A stretch of DNA of 64,000 nucleotides, taken from the NCBI GenBank assembly GCA_951406725.2, contig OX597839.1:9982001-10046000 (forward strand), given 5' to 3'. The notes beneath the pieces were generated by a model. That model was not told the DNA's origin, ran no database searches, and was given only the letters and a program-made list of their open reading frames with translations. The translations under genes were made by a program, and so were the position numbers. This document shows, one piece after another, positions 36,892 to 49,143 of this stretch; position 1 is the first letter of the stretch; each line of letters begins with the position of its first letter. Origin of the DNA: Octopus vulgaris. Lineage: Eukaryota.

Positions 36892-37810
36892 AAACAAGTC
36901 AAAATAGAAAATGCTAAAATAATTTTATAAAGAACATTTCAGTACCGGTTTTGGTCATTTTGAGACCTTTTCAACTGTAACGATTAAATAATTAAATTTA
37001 GAAAAATTAGAAGAAAAGTTTTTTTAAAGGAATATTTGTATAGTAGTGTTCAAATATAAGTGGCATTCTGCCTTTCTCTGACTCCCTTGTTTGCACTTGT
37101 GAATTCTTGGTAGGGTAGAAGAAGAAGGCTGAAGAGGAGAGGGGGTGGAAAAATTTGGGAGTGCCTTGATTGTTGTATTTTGAATGGTCAGTGCAGTTCA
37201 ATTCAGGAGAATATTTCTATTGAGAGATTTGTTTATGGAATTTGCGTAGGTGTTTTACTAAAAAGCATTAGTGATAAAGTTAAGAGGTAGAAGGTGGAGC
37301 AGAAGAAGAAGAAGAAGAAGAAGAAGAAGAAGAAGAAGAAGAAGAAGAAGAAGAAGAAGAAGAAGACGATGTTGATGATGATGATGATGATGAAGAAGAA
37401 GAAGAAGGAGAAGGAGAAGAAGAAGATGATGATGATGGTGGTGATGATGATGACGATGATGATGATAATGATGATGATGAAGAAGAAAACAGAGAAGGGA
37501 GAATATGAATGGGTGAAAGTAGTGAGGTGTTGTATGACTTGAAGTTGGCATGTTATGGATTATAGCTGTGATTGGGGCTGATTAGTAATGGATTCTTTGG
37601 AATGTAATATTTGTGTGTGTATTTCTTTTATTCTAAAGTTGAGGTATATTAATGGTTGAGACCCGTTAAGAAGTGGCCTGTATTTTGTAATAAAGAGAGT
37701 TTCTTTACTTATTCGTTGTCTCGAGGTTAGAGGGGGAAAATCCTGAAGCCTGGTGTTTTGTTGTTGGCACAAGTATCTATGTGTTGGCTGAAAGCTATTT
37801 TTCTGTTTTG
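36890..37810 (-). mobile_element. Penelope-like element 3' remnant (GIY-YIG C-terminus plus minimal hammerhead)
   Basis: RISKETLFITKYRPLLN in ORF 37560..37910 fits the R..KE.L.I....P.LN end of PLE endonucleases. Downstream lies cag-TTGAAAA-ggtc..gacc-AAAA-ccgg-TA-ctg at 36940-36977. Confidence 0.65.
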
Positions 37811-37830
37811 GGGAATTTTTATATATATAT

Positions 37831-37884
<54 letters not shown>

Positions 37885-37892
<8 letters not shown>

Positions 37893-38256
37893 ATATTTCG
37901 GAATGGTCATATTGCCAGTTTAGCCAATAAAAACACACGCACTATATATTTGGTGTTATTTTGCTTCAGTGATATTTATTTTTTACATTAATCTTAATCT
38001 TATTTCGGCCAAAGTTCTTTCGTCACACTCCTGTGACCGCATCAGTGGTCCTTTGTTTTCTTCTCACTTATAAGTGAGAAGAAAACAAAGGACCACTGAT
38101 GCGGTCACAGGAGTGTGACGAAAGAACTTTGGCCGAAATAAGATTAAGATTAATGTAAAAAATAAATATCACTGAAGCAAAATAACACCAAATATATAGT
38201 GCGTGTGTTTTTATTGGCTAAACTGGCAATATGACCATTCCGAAATATAACAATAT
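37885..38256. repeat. 372-bp spacerless palindrome with two variant hammerhead motifs
   Basis: Centre cactta|taagtg at 38070/38071, no arm mismatches seen by eye. CTGATGC-g-gtcac..gtgac-GAAA at 38096-38123. Confidence 0.9.
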
Positions 38257-38307
38257 CTGTTTCAACACAGGACTTCACATAAAAAATCTTGCACAACAAA
38301 TATTTAA

Positions 38308-38355
<48 letters not shown>

Positions 38356-38559
38356 AATCCTAACACCTCAGTACAGCAAAGAATGAACAAAGAGGCAACT
38401 TTCATCAATAAATTCCACCCACAACTTAACATGGACCCATAACATAATACAGAACACTACTAAACTTACCAATAACACCACTAACTCCCATACACCATTC
38501 TTATTACAGTATTATATCTACCCTAACTGCACCACATCCAGAACTACTTATCTCCCTTA

Positions 38560-40220
38560 CACATAATCTTTTTACTCAAGGAACAAAGCCAGAAGGAATC
38601 TTTCCCTCATCCACCGATCCTTTGCCAACCTTTCAATGGACGTCTTTTGGCCTGTATATATCACTCTAGTTCGACCCATCCTCAAATATTGCATCCATAC
38701 CTCAAACCTATATCTCCAGAAAGACATTCAGCACCTGGAACAGGTTCAGCATTTGGCCACCCGAATGGGCGCGGGCTTGTCTAAGCTTGCGGAAGAGGAA
38801 CATCTCCAACAGCTGGCATTGCCTTCACTCATACGACGGTGGATGCAGGGAGATCTCATACGACTTTCAACATCTTCAATGGACATGTAAACCTACCATT
38901 TGCGGAGATTTTCACCCCTGCGCCGGATAGAGGTCTTCATGGACATGATTGCAAACTCTATCCCCAACACTTTTGTTTCAAGAGGTGGAAGGCCGCATTC
39001 TCTGTCCGTATTGCAGCCCCGTGCATAATCCAAGCGAAGTCTTTGATCCCACAACTCAAGTGCAGAGACACAACTTAAAATTAATATCATGGAAGTTGAT
39101 ATACTTGCGGCTATTAATGATTTAGACTCAAACTCAGCACTTGTACCAAATAGTATTCCAGTTATATTGCTAAAAAACGTGCAAAAACCACCTCATGAAA
39201 TCATTAAAGGTACTATTTCAAAAGTCGCCAGATACTGCCATATTCCCGAGACTATTGAAAGAAGCTATAATGAACCCTATATAGGTACAAAGGAGGTAGC
39301 AGTGCTGAAGCTAAAAATTACAGACCTGTTTCCCTCATGTCTTACACGTCTAAAATTATCCAATGCCTTGTCCGAAGACAAAAAGTAATAACATACCTGG
39401 AAGAAAACAACTTAGATGACACTCGGTATAGGTTTACGACTGAACGAAGTTGCCTGTCACAATTCTTACAGCATCATAACACTACCTCTAATAATCTTTT
39501 AAGGGGAAAGATCATTGACTGTTAAAACCTTGATATTGTTAAGGCATTTGACAAGACTGATCATGGAATCATCTGTCATAATTTAAGAAATCTTGGTATC
39601 ACAGGAAAAGTCGGAGAATGGTTCTTTAACTTCCTATACGGTAGGAGTCAACCTATTACTGCAAATGGATTTCTCTCCAAGTTACCTGTAATATGTCGTA
39701 TACATCAGGGAATGAATTACACAAGAATATCGATGGCTAGGAGCTAAACCAGAAAAAATATGAATATTAGTACATCAAAATTTCAGCTTCTTCATTACAA
39801 ACGAATTCACCCAAATCACAATATTTGACACAAGGTAACATAATGATTCAGAGCACTAATGACATACAGGACTTAGGTGTAATCAAGTCAAATGATGCAT
39901 TTTCCATCAGCCATATTATCAAACTAACCTTTAAATGCAGCAAACTCATAGGCTGCATCCTACGAACATTCATGACAAGGGGACCGGTAGTTAGTTTTAT
40001 TTTTAGGGAAAACCCTAGTTCTGAGCAGTTTATATTACTGCTTACAATTTTAATCTTCTAACTCATCCGGTCTCATAGAAGAAATCGAAGGGTTACAAGG
40101 AATGTTCACTGGTAAAATACCTTCAGTTAAAAGTCTTATTTACCGAGAATGTCTGAAAGCGCTGAGTCGCTTGACACCAAAGAGAAATATATACTATCAC
40201 ATTCATATAGAAAATTGTTG
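38560..40220 (+). pseudogene. Two adjacent decayed CR1/L2-type LINE RT fragments
   Basis: YITLVRPILKY...LEQVQHLATRM, then NYRPVSL and LDIVKAFD motifs, with stops and frameshifts. Confidence 0.75.
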
Positions 40221-43200
40221 GGGGACATATGGCGTAGTGGTTAAGAGCGCGGGCTACATGTCAAGTAAGCAATCTCTTACTCAAAAAGCAGTTAAGGATT
40301 AGCGATATAATGATAGGAAGGACAACAAGCTGTAACACCTTGGGCAAGTGCCTTTTACTATAGCCCCAGGCTGACCAAAGCCTTATGAATGAATTTGTTA
40401 GATGAAAACTGAAAGAAGACGAAGACAGGTGGTGTAGACAACAAAGAGATGTATTAGTATAATGCTCAGGAAGTGAAAAAGTATTTAACGTTTCGAGCCT
40501 ACGGTCTTCAACAGAAAGGAACACAAAGAAACAAGGAGAGAAAATAAACAATGTGTAGTGGCTAGCGATCTATACATACATATATACATACATACGTACA
40601 TAGTGGCTGCCCCCTTGTTATCGAGTATGGCCATTGCATGAAGCTTAATCAATGTTATCGTGCAATACCTGTGCAAGAAGATTTTTTTTAAAGTGAGGAA
40701 AGGCTGTGCACTGAGTCAATCCCACTCACTAAGCAACAGCAGCCATAAGAACAAGTCAACATCATCGGTAACCACTGAGCCGCAGGCTTTATGTCGGAGT
40801 TATCCCAGTTACCTGAGTTACCTTCTCCTGGAAAGATGCCCTAACAAAGGCTAGGAGTCCTTCACTCCCAATGGTTTAACTGCGCGATCGGGTATTCAGT
40901 CTGATTATTTCTATGTCCCCGCGCATGATACAGCCTTAAGACATACATATATACATACACACATGGTCTGATCAATAAATATCCAAACTGTAATGAAGGT
41001 AAAGCACACTGAGTGAAGCTGCTTGGCAAAGATTGACCTTGAACTCTGCTGTGATTGTGTACTAAGTTTTAATGTTCTAGCTCACTTCCGCTGTTTACAG
41101 CACTGCTTGGAAGGAAGGTGTGGTAGTGTGCGATTGTCACATTGACCATGACAGAGTTGTCATGGCAATACCTGTCAGAAGTTGTTAGAGGCCTACGGAA
41201 GGTTGTAGAAAGTGTATGGAGAGGGGTGTATGAGCCGCACACAACTGTACGAGTGGTTCACTCTCTCTTTACTCTCTCTCTCTCTTTTACTTGTTTCAGT
41301 CATTTGACTGTGGCCATGCTGGAGCACTGCCTTTAGTCGAGCAAATCGACCCCGGGACTTATTCTTTTGTAAGCCCAGTATTTATTCTATCGGTCTCTTT
41401 TGCCGAACTGCTAAGTGACGGGGATGTAAACACACCAGCATCGGTTGTCAAGCAACGCTAGGGGGACAAACACAGACACACAAACATACACACACACACA
41501 TATATATATATATACATATATACGACAGGCTTCTTTTCAATTTCCGTCTACCAAATCGACTCACAAGGCATTGCTCGGCCCGGGGCTAGAGCAGAAGACA
41601 CTTGCCCAAGATGCCACGCAGTGGGACTGAACCCGGAACCATGTGGTTGGTTAGCAAGCTACTTACCACACAACCACTCCTACATACTTTAGTTTTGTTA
41701 CTATGGCAACAGTCCAGATACTTATTGATCAGAACTCGTATACATACACACACGTGCAAACACGCTATCTTTAAGATAGCGTATTTTACATTGATTTTTA
41801 TATCAGTCTATCATACATCCCTATAGTGTATATGCATGAGTATACATATGACATTCAGGTGGGAACAGGGTTCAATGAAGGGTGGTGTGTCGATTATTTG
41901 AAGATGGTTGTTTTACTCTTTAAGTGTGGTTTAATGAAGGTCGGCTACTATTGAAAGGAATACTATTTGCATTATTAAAGTATACTGAAATTATTACTGA
42001 ATATGTTTTGCATGTATGTTTTTATTTCAACTAATACATGTCATGCATGGATTTTCCTTGATTATTAACACCAACCACTTTTATGTAGCACCAGCACCAG
42101 TAGGGTCTCCAAGTAAATTTCAAGAGCAAAACCCCTTGTGGTGAGAGGTTAAAGTATAATAGAGGAATGTTGTTGTTTGTTCCTTCTTGAGCCATGCTTG
42201 GCTCATAAGGGCCGGCTTCCCAGTTTCTTGGCATATAGGTTCCCCACCTGGACGGGATGCCGGTCCATCGCAGGTGAGCTGCAAGATGCAGGAGGAAAGA
42301 GCGAAAGAAAGTTGTGGCGAAAGAGTCAGCAGAAGTTTCGCCATTACCTTCTGCCGGAGCCACGTGGAGCTTAAGTGTTTCGCTCATAAACACACACATC
42401 GCCCGATCTGAGATTCGAACCCGCAATCCCTCGACCGCGAGTCTGCTGCTCTAACCATTAAGCCATGTGCCTCCACAGCTGTATGCCTCTTGTAACACCA
42501 ACCACTTTTACGTAGCACCAGCACCAGTAGGGTCTCTGAGTAAATTTCAAGAGCAAGACCCCTTGTGGTGAGAGGTTAAAGTAAAATAGAGCAATAGAAA
42601 TGTCTTGCTGTTGAGGAGATACATGGTAACCCGGTGAGGAAAGAAAGGCTAGAAATGGAGGGAGAGAGAGAGTCAGAGAGGAAGATAAGGGGACATGGCT
42701 ACCCCAATTGGAAAAGAAAAGAAAGAGAGAATGTGCAATAAAGAGGTTTATGTATCCAACATGTTTGAGTATGGTAAGGTTCAGCTTGTGTTATAGCAAC
42801 TAACAGTAAGCCTAACTGCTTCCAAACTTCAAATTCACTCCATACTTTTAAAATATTTTGTAATTTGTGTAAATGGTGCCAAGCCTGATATATAGATAAA
42901 TGCTGTTTGCTGTTCCGCATGGCTGAAACCTGTATTGTTGATTTCGTATTTCATTGCCAGAAGTTTTTCTAAACAAGAACCTTCTTGTAAGCAACATTCT
43001 TTGTGGAATATCTATTATCTTATTTATCCTGCACCTATAATATTTATCATATTATAGGCGCAGGAGTGGCTGTGTGGTACGTAGCTTGCTTACCAACCAC
43101 ATGGTTCCGGGATCATTCCCACTGCGTGGCACCTTAGGCAAGTGCCTTCTACTATGGCCTCGGACCGACCAAAGCCTTGTGAGTGGATTTGAGAGAAGGA

Positions 43201-43830
43201 AACTGAAAGAAGCCTAACATAGGTGCAGGAGTGGCTGTGTGGTAAGTAGCTTGCTTACCAACCACATGGTTCCGGGATCATTCCTAGTGTGTGGCACCTT
43301 GGGCAAGTGTCTTTGGTAGACGGAAACTGAAAGAAGCCCGTCGTATCTATGTATACATATATATGTATGCGTTTGTGTGTCTGTGTTTGTTCCCCCAACA
43401 TTGCTTGACAACCAATGCTGGTGTGTTTACGCCCCCATAACTTAGTGGGTCGTAATTAGGATGCTCTGAGTTGATTGTTTGAAGAAGTGATTCACCAGAA
43501 ACCCACTTTTTACAGTGTCAGAAGTCTTTGTGATTGTACTGTTTCCAGACATCTAGCATAATTACTGCAACTTCTTTTGCAGCTGAACGACTGCATGCTT
43601 GGTTACCAACTGTGCACAGCATTTGTCTTTTTGGAAGAACCATTGAGAACATTTTTTTTTTTACTTGTTTCAGTCATTTGACTGCGGCCATGCTGGAGCA
43701 CCGCCTTTAGTCGAGCAAATCGACTCCAGGACTTATTCTTTGTAAGCCCAGTACTTATTCTATTGGTCTCTTTTGCTGAACCACTAAGTGACGGGGATGT
43801 AAACACACCAGCATCGGTTGTCAAGCACAA

Positions 43831-43895
<65 letters not shown>

Positions 43896-44553
43896 TACAA
43901 CAGGCTTCTTTCAGTTTCCGTCTACCAAATCCACTCACAAGGCATTGGTCTGCCCGGGGCTATAGCAGAAGACACTTGCCCAAGATGCCACGCAGTGGGA
44001 CTGAACCCGGAACCATGTGGTTGGTTAGCAAGCTACTTACCACACAGCCACTCCTGCGTATTAACAGTATCTAAATATTCTGCAGTGCTATGTTGCTGAG
44101 GAGGTTGAGACTTTTTGAGAACCTCATACTGCCAGAAGTCCTGGTCCTTCGTCATCTCATCCCTTAAGCCTTAGAGTCTTGATGTCAGCCTTCACCACTT
44201 CATCCCAGGTCTTCCAGTAAGGTTTAAAGGTTTAAGGGAAATTTGGCTGCCATTTCTAGCATGTTAAGCGACCATATAGAAGTCTTACTTGTTGATGATG
44301 TGTGACTGCTTGATCAGGGCTGATGTATTCATTTGGAATTTTGGTGATCTTTTGATTAGGGTCTCAAGGTTGCCAATTTTTCCAGCTAAATTGTTTGAAG
44401 AATTTTTATTTAATTAGTTTTGTTTTCATGTCCTGTTAAAGACAATATCTGCTTTGATGTCAGTGAGGAGTGGGGAAAGTGAAATACATGCTCACGAGTT
44501 TGCACACACACAAACACATACACACCCATTGATTTTCATATCCAGGAGTTGAA

Positions 44554-44632
<79 letters not shown>

Positions 44633-45930
44633 AGAGTTATTAGTGAGATATCAATCCAGGCAAAATACATTACAAGCTCTTGGTTAGTACCAGGCTAACA
44701 ATATTCTTGTGGCAGGGTCCAAGGTCATAGTTCAACACAATTCTGTATTGTAAATCTGTGGTTGTGCTCCAGTTATACTGCTTTTCACACAAAATGATTT
44801 ACAAGACAAAGTACAAATAAGCACATTCGAAACAATAGTCTATCGGCACTTCGAGCATTTCTCTCTGGGTCGTAGATAGATCTATCTCATCTGTCTGTTC
44901 CCGTCTCTGCTGCGATTGTCTGCCTGCCTTTCTGTTTCATCCTTGTATTTATAATAAAAAATGGCAGCTAGAAAGACAGACATACTGCAGCAGAGTTAGT
45001 ACCTAAATAGGTCAGCGCTTGTCCAGTTGAACTTCGCCTGACATGCTAAGGTCGTAGGTCAAAGGGAGATCATCAATCAATTTTTGACAGGACTAAGAAA
45101 AACCTTTTTTCGCGCCTGTTGATCGTCGTGGTTTGGACGACCGAGAATTCTTGGATTCGGTTTCGAATCTAGGCTTAGAGAAGGAAGTGCTAATTCTTAC
45201 AAGTATTTTCCAAGATGTGCTTTTTTTTTTTTTTTTTTTTTTTTCATAAAAGACTTCCTGCCATCATTTCGAAGGATGTGGCAAAAAAAATTGGAAAATC
45301 CAACTTACGTGGGCGACCTAATCCGAAACTCCCCCAGTCTTCATTGAAAAATGAAATTAAAAGATAATCACCCAAACAAGAAAAAATAATTAACGAAACT
45401 CCACCATCCATGGAACTAACTGACGACATCACATATACATCACATATTAAAAGACCAATTTGAATTTAGGACCGTAGAAGCTAATTGTCCCATCACACAG
45501 ATAAAATATTGGTCCATAGGATAAAGTAATCCTTAATGCATTTTGTCTGTGTAAATCTGTGGTTGTGCTCCAGGTTTGCTGGATCAGGCGCCGATTAGCA
45601 ACATAAATATCAAGTTAGCTAAAATCGAACCCAAAAATCAGGCACGTAGAAATATATTTTTTCTGAGCTAATCGCGAAAGAAGTTATATAGAAGCATGGC
45701 GGAGGTAAAGAATACGCTCACCACCCGTTTTCGGCGTAACCCTAACCTTAAACGCCGGGTGTGCGTATTCTTTAGCTTTGCCTTAGGAATATTTACAAAC
45801 TAATTCCCACCAGGGCCGTCTTTCAAAATACAGGGACACTGATCCATCTGAACAGCCAACCATTCATAATTTATCTGTAGCGGTGAGAGGATGGATGGAT
45901 GTTGGTGAAAAATAAAGAGTGAAGACTCAC

Positions 45931-46200
45931 TTGAAACAGGATGTCTTTCAATGGAATTGACTCGCTAACCGTTCCACAAGACCTTCAGCTTCTTTATGTA
46001 CGTTCAAATTAGCGACTTTTGATAACGCTGAACCGAAATTCAAATCGTCGTTACGTCATCATCTGAGAAGTTCATGCTTTCTCTCCATATCTATCTTTAT
46101 GTTTCTTACATTCCCGCTCCTTTCACTGGCTTGTTTTATTTTATAAGGAAATTAGTGAACAATAGCGTCGTTACTGAAAGGTCTCTCTCTCCCTAACAGA
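45931..46200 (-). promoter_or_regulatory. Candidate 5'UTR first exon and promoter of the minus-strand gene
   Basis: Donor CAA|gtgagt at 45931. Unique, CpG-containing sequence with CRE-like TTACGTCA at 46051. The upstream boundary is a guess. Confidence 0.3.
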
Positions 46201-46409
46201 TAGATATTGGTTCTAGGGTTCGATTAAACATTAAACAAAATGAGCGCATTCTTAGAGAACTATGAAAAGGTGGTACCACAGTTTTATTTATTCGTTTTCC
46301 ACTGCTGGATTTTCCGTGGTGCGAATAGTGTAGCTAAAGTTAGGGTGCCGAAAATGAATAAAAACATGTTCAAAATTTTCATTTTCCACAACACTCTAGT
46401 TGTAAGGAA

Positions 46410-46950
46410 ATAAGACATCGGAAAAACCACTTGCGACATCGTACAAACAGACATCATAGAACCTAACCGCGACATCGTGTAAACCGACCGAGAACTCGTA
46501 GAACCCGACCCTGACATCGTAGAAATCCACCGATACATCATACAAACTGAGAGACATCGTACAAACCGAGACATTGTAGAAACCGACTGAAACATCGTAG
46601 TTACCGACACAGACATTGTTGAGGCCAATTGAGACGGCGTAGGAGTCAACTGAGACATCGTAGAACCCGATCGAGACATAGTACAAACCGACCCAGAGGA
46701 TCTCTTCCTTTTGAACGGCACATGTCAACACAATTTCTAGTTAACTAAACACTTTTAAACTTCGTATAGTGGTAGAATGTGTTTATAAAACATCATTTTC
46801 TCTTGGAAAAGATCCGACCCAGATATTGTAGAAACCGATTGTGACATCGTAGAGACCGACCGAGTCATAGTACGAACTGAATGATATATCGCGGAAACAG
46901 ACAGAGGCATCGTAGAAACCGATAAAGACATCATAGTTACCGAGCGAATC
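46410..46950. repeat. ~21-bp minisatellite (gacatcgtagaaaccgaccga)
   Basis: About 18 degenerate units, which explain the repetitive ORFs at 46284-46965. Confidence 0.85.
46698..46815 (-). mobile_element. 118-bp deletion derivative of the Merlin-like MITE
   Basis: GGATCT...AGATCC ends, TSD gacccaga, inserted in a minisatellite. Confidence 0.75.
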
Positions 46951-47129
46951 ATTAGAGAAAAACAACCTTAGTTTTCAAGGATCCACAGCTCTTCAATATC
47001 CCTTCAAAGCTTAAGAAACCTACATGGGGTGGATATAGGTGTCTTCAAAACAAAACTGGACCTCCTGTCAAGAGATCAGGTTGAACCTACCTTCCAGGAA
47101 GAAACACAATTGAGAGCAGCTGCATCAAT

Positions 47130-47510
47130 GGAGGCGCAATGGCCCAATGGTTAGGGCAGCGGACTCGCGGTCGGAGGATCGCGGTTTCGATTCCCAGACC
47201 GGGCGTTGTGCGTGTTTATTGAGCGAAAACACCTAAAGCTCCACGAGGCTCCGGCAGGGGGTGGTGGTGACCCCTGTTGTACTCTTTTGCTCCGACTTTC
47301 TCTCTCTCTTTCTTCCTGTTTCTTGTCCCCCGACTTCCTACGCAACCGCTGAGCCTGGATGCGCATTTATTCATCCGTCGATGCTCTCGGTGTCGGGGGT
47401 TGACCTGCTTTCTCTTCTGCAGGTCTTACGAATAGCAAAGGACCACGTTTCGGACTTCTCCCATCTTGCGAGCTCTGGGACAAAGACCGTTCGCTCAACA
47501 GCAACAGCAA
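47130..47510 (+). mobile_element. tRNA-Arg-derived SINE (3' part also at 1-182; related heads at 42168-42476 minus and 52816-53100 plus)
   Basis: Head with a TCG anticodon-like loop and B box gtttcgattccc, (CAA/CAG)n tail, catcaat TSD-like flanks. Confidence 0.8.
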
Positions 47511-47850
47511 CATCAATCTCCCCCATTCACCAAATACCACATATCCACACGCCAAATGTCACACATCAGAGGAAGTTGCAAGTAGTACAAGTGTAGCAAA
47601 GCTATCAGCAGTGCTCCAGCATTGCCACCAATCTCAAACTGAAACTAGTAAAGAAAAAAATCAAAGGAAAAAACATCTATATGAAATATATAGACTGTGC
47701 TTGCATTTCAGGAAATTCCTACTGGCCTATTGGAACCCACGGGATAACAAGATCACTGGCAATCAATAGTCAAAGGGAGACAATCCCCTGTTGTTGACTG
47801 AGTAGCGAGGTCATTTCGTCTTCCATATTCTAGAGGGCCATTTGCTAGAG

Positions 47851-48051
47851 CAGTGGTTTTCAACCAGGGTTCCGCCAGTACAGTCCAGGGGTTCCGCAAG
47901 AAGTTACAAAACTGCTAAAATCGACAGTAATTTTTAATTCTCCTGTGCAGATATGTGTGCATAAGACTATTAAATTATTGCACAGGGGTTCGTCGAGCCA
48001 GTGGAATGTTTCCTTGGGGTTCCGTTCCAGCAAAAAGGTTGAAAAGCACTG
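47851..48051. mobile_element. hAT (Charlie-like) MITE
   Basis: TIR CAGTGGTTTTCAACC / GGTTGAAAAGCACTG, CTAGA target. Absent from the partner arm at 49260. Confidence 0.8.
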
Positions 48052-48184
48052 TTCTAGAGGGCCATTTGCTAGAGAGACCATAAGCCAACAGGTTTTGCAA
48101 TCTGATGATACTCCATAAAGCGCTTAGCTTTATGGATGTGAAACTAAAGGTAATCCTATAAACCGGCCTATTCTAACTTTTATA

Positions 48185-48576
48185 TCTTTATATATAAAAG
48201 TGAAGTTGTGTGTCTGTCTCCTACGATTTAGATTCCTAACTACTCCCACATTTTGCGGTGCAGTTTAACCAAAACCGGGTATCTTATAGTCGTGATTCAT
48301 ATCAAGCCCTTCTGGGTATTAGCGCGCGTCTACGATGAGTCTACGATTTTTAAAAACATTTACCATCATTTTTTCCATTGCATTTTTTCGCTATTATATA
48401 AGGGAAGTAACTCTCTAAAAATGTCTACGATGAGTCAACGATTTAAAAAAAAATTTACCATCATTTTTTTTTCCATTTTTAATGCATTTTTTTGCTATTT
48501 TTGGCTATAACTCTCTAAAAATGCTTATATAGTTATTTCCCTTACAAACCCGAGCAACGCCGGGCGATACTGCTAG
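48185..48576 (+). mobile_element. Non-autonomous Helitron
   Basis: A|TC...cccgagcaacgccggg hairpin...CTAG|T. Confidence 0.8.
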
Positions 48577-48627
48577 TTATATATATGTGTGTGTGTATGT
48601 GTGTACACGCGCGCGCGCGCAAACACA

Positions 48628-49143
48628 TCTATCTATATATATAAAACTCTAGTTGTGTGAGTGTCTGTCCCCTTCGATTTAGATTCCTAACTCCTCCCAC
48701 ATTTTGCGGTGCAGTTTAACCAAATTCGGGTATCTTATAGTCGTGATTCATATCGAGCCCGTCTGACTATTAGCGCGCGTCAACGATGAGTCTACGATTT
48801 TAAAAATAATTTAACATCATTTTTTATTCCATTTTAATGCATAAAATGCATCGTGTGTCGATGGCGGCGGAGTTGGCGTCCACGCTCACAGCTGCACCTG
48901 TTTGCTTCTCCCCCTTCCCTCCCTCGTGAAGCTGTGGGGAAGGGAGTGTAAAGAAATCAACGTCGTAATGCGTTGTGAAGGAGACCAGCGTTCTTTTAGA
49001 ACAACGACTTCATGGCTTGAAGACACCAAAACAAAAATGGCTAAGAAAGCCCGAATTGGCATCTATAAGGGAAGTAACTCTCTAAAAATGCTTATATAGT
49101 TATTTCCCTTACAAACCCGAGCAACGCCGGGCGATACTGCTAG
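48628..49143 (+). mobile_element. Non-autonomous Helitron (related subfamily, different middle)
   Basis: Same termini and hairpin as 48185-48576. Confidence 0.8.

Noticed and set aside
42700-43650. Coding-like minus-strand stretches (AAKEVAVIMLDVWKQ) as extra exons
   Set aside because: They contain stops, are split by SINEs and lie upstream of a start codon preceded by an in-frame stop. Possibly an old transposase relic, but I cannot assign it.
46410-46950. Regular short repeats suggesting a CRISPR array or repeat protein
   Set aside because: Contiguous degenerate 21-mers with no unique spacers, no cas genes and a eukaryotic context. The ORFs are by-products of the repeat.
47130-47205. tRNA-Arg gene (also tRNA-like pieces at 23085-23178, 40223, 42400-42476, 52816)
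   Set aside because: The acceptor stem does not pair and the sequence runs into a repeated body and tail, so these are SINE heads.
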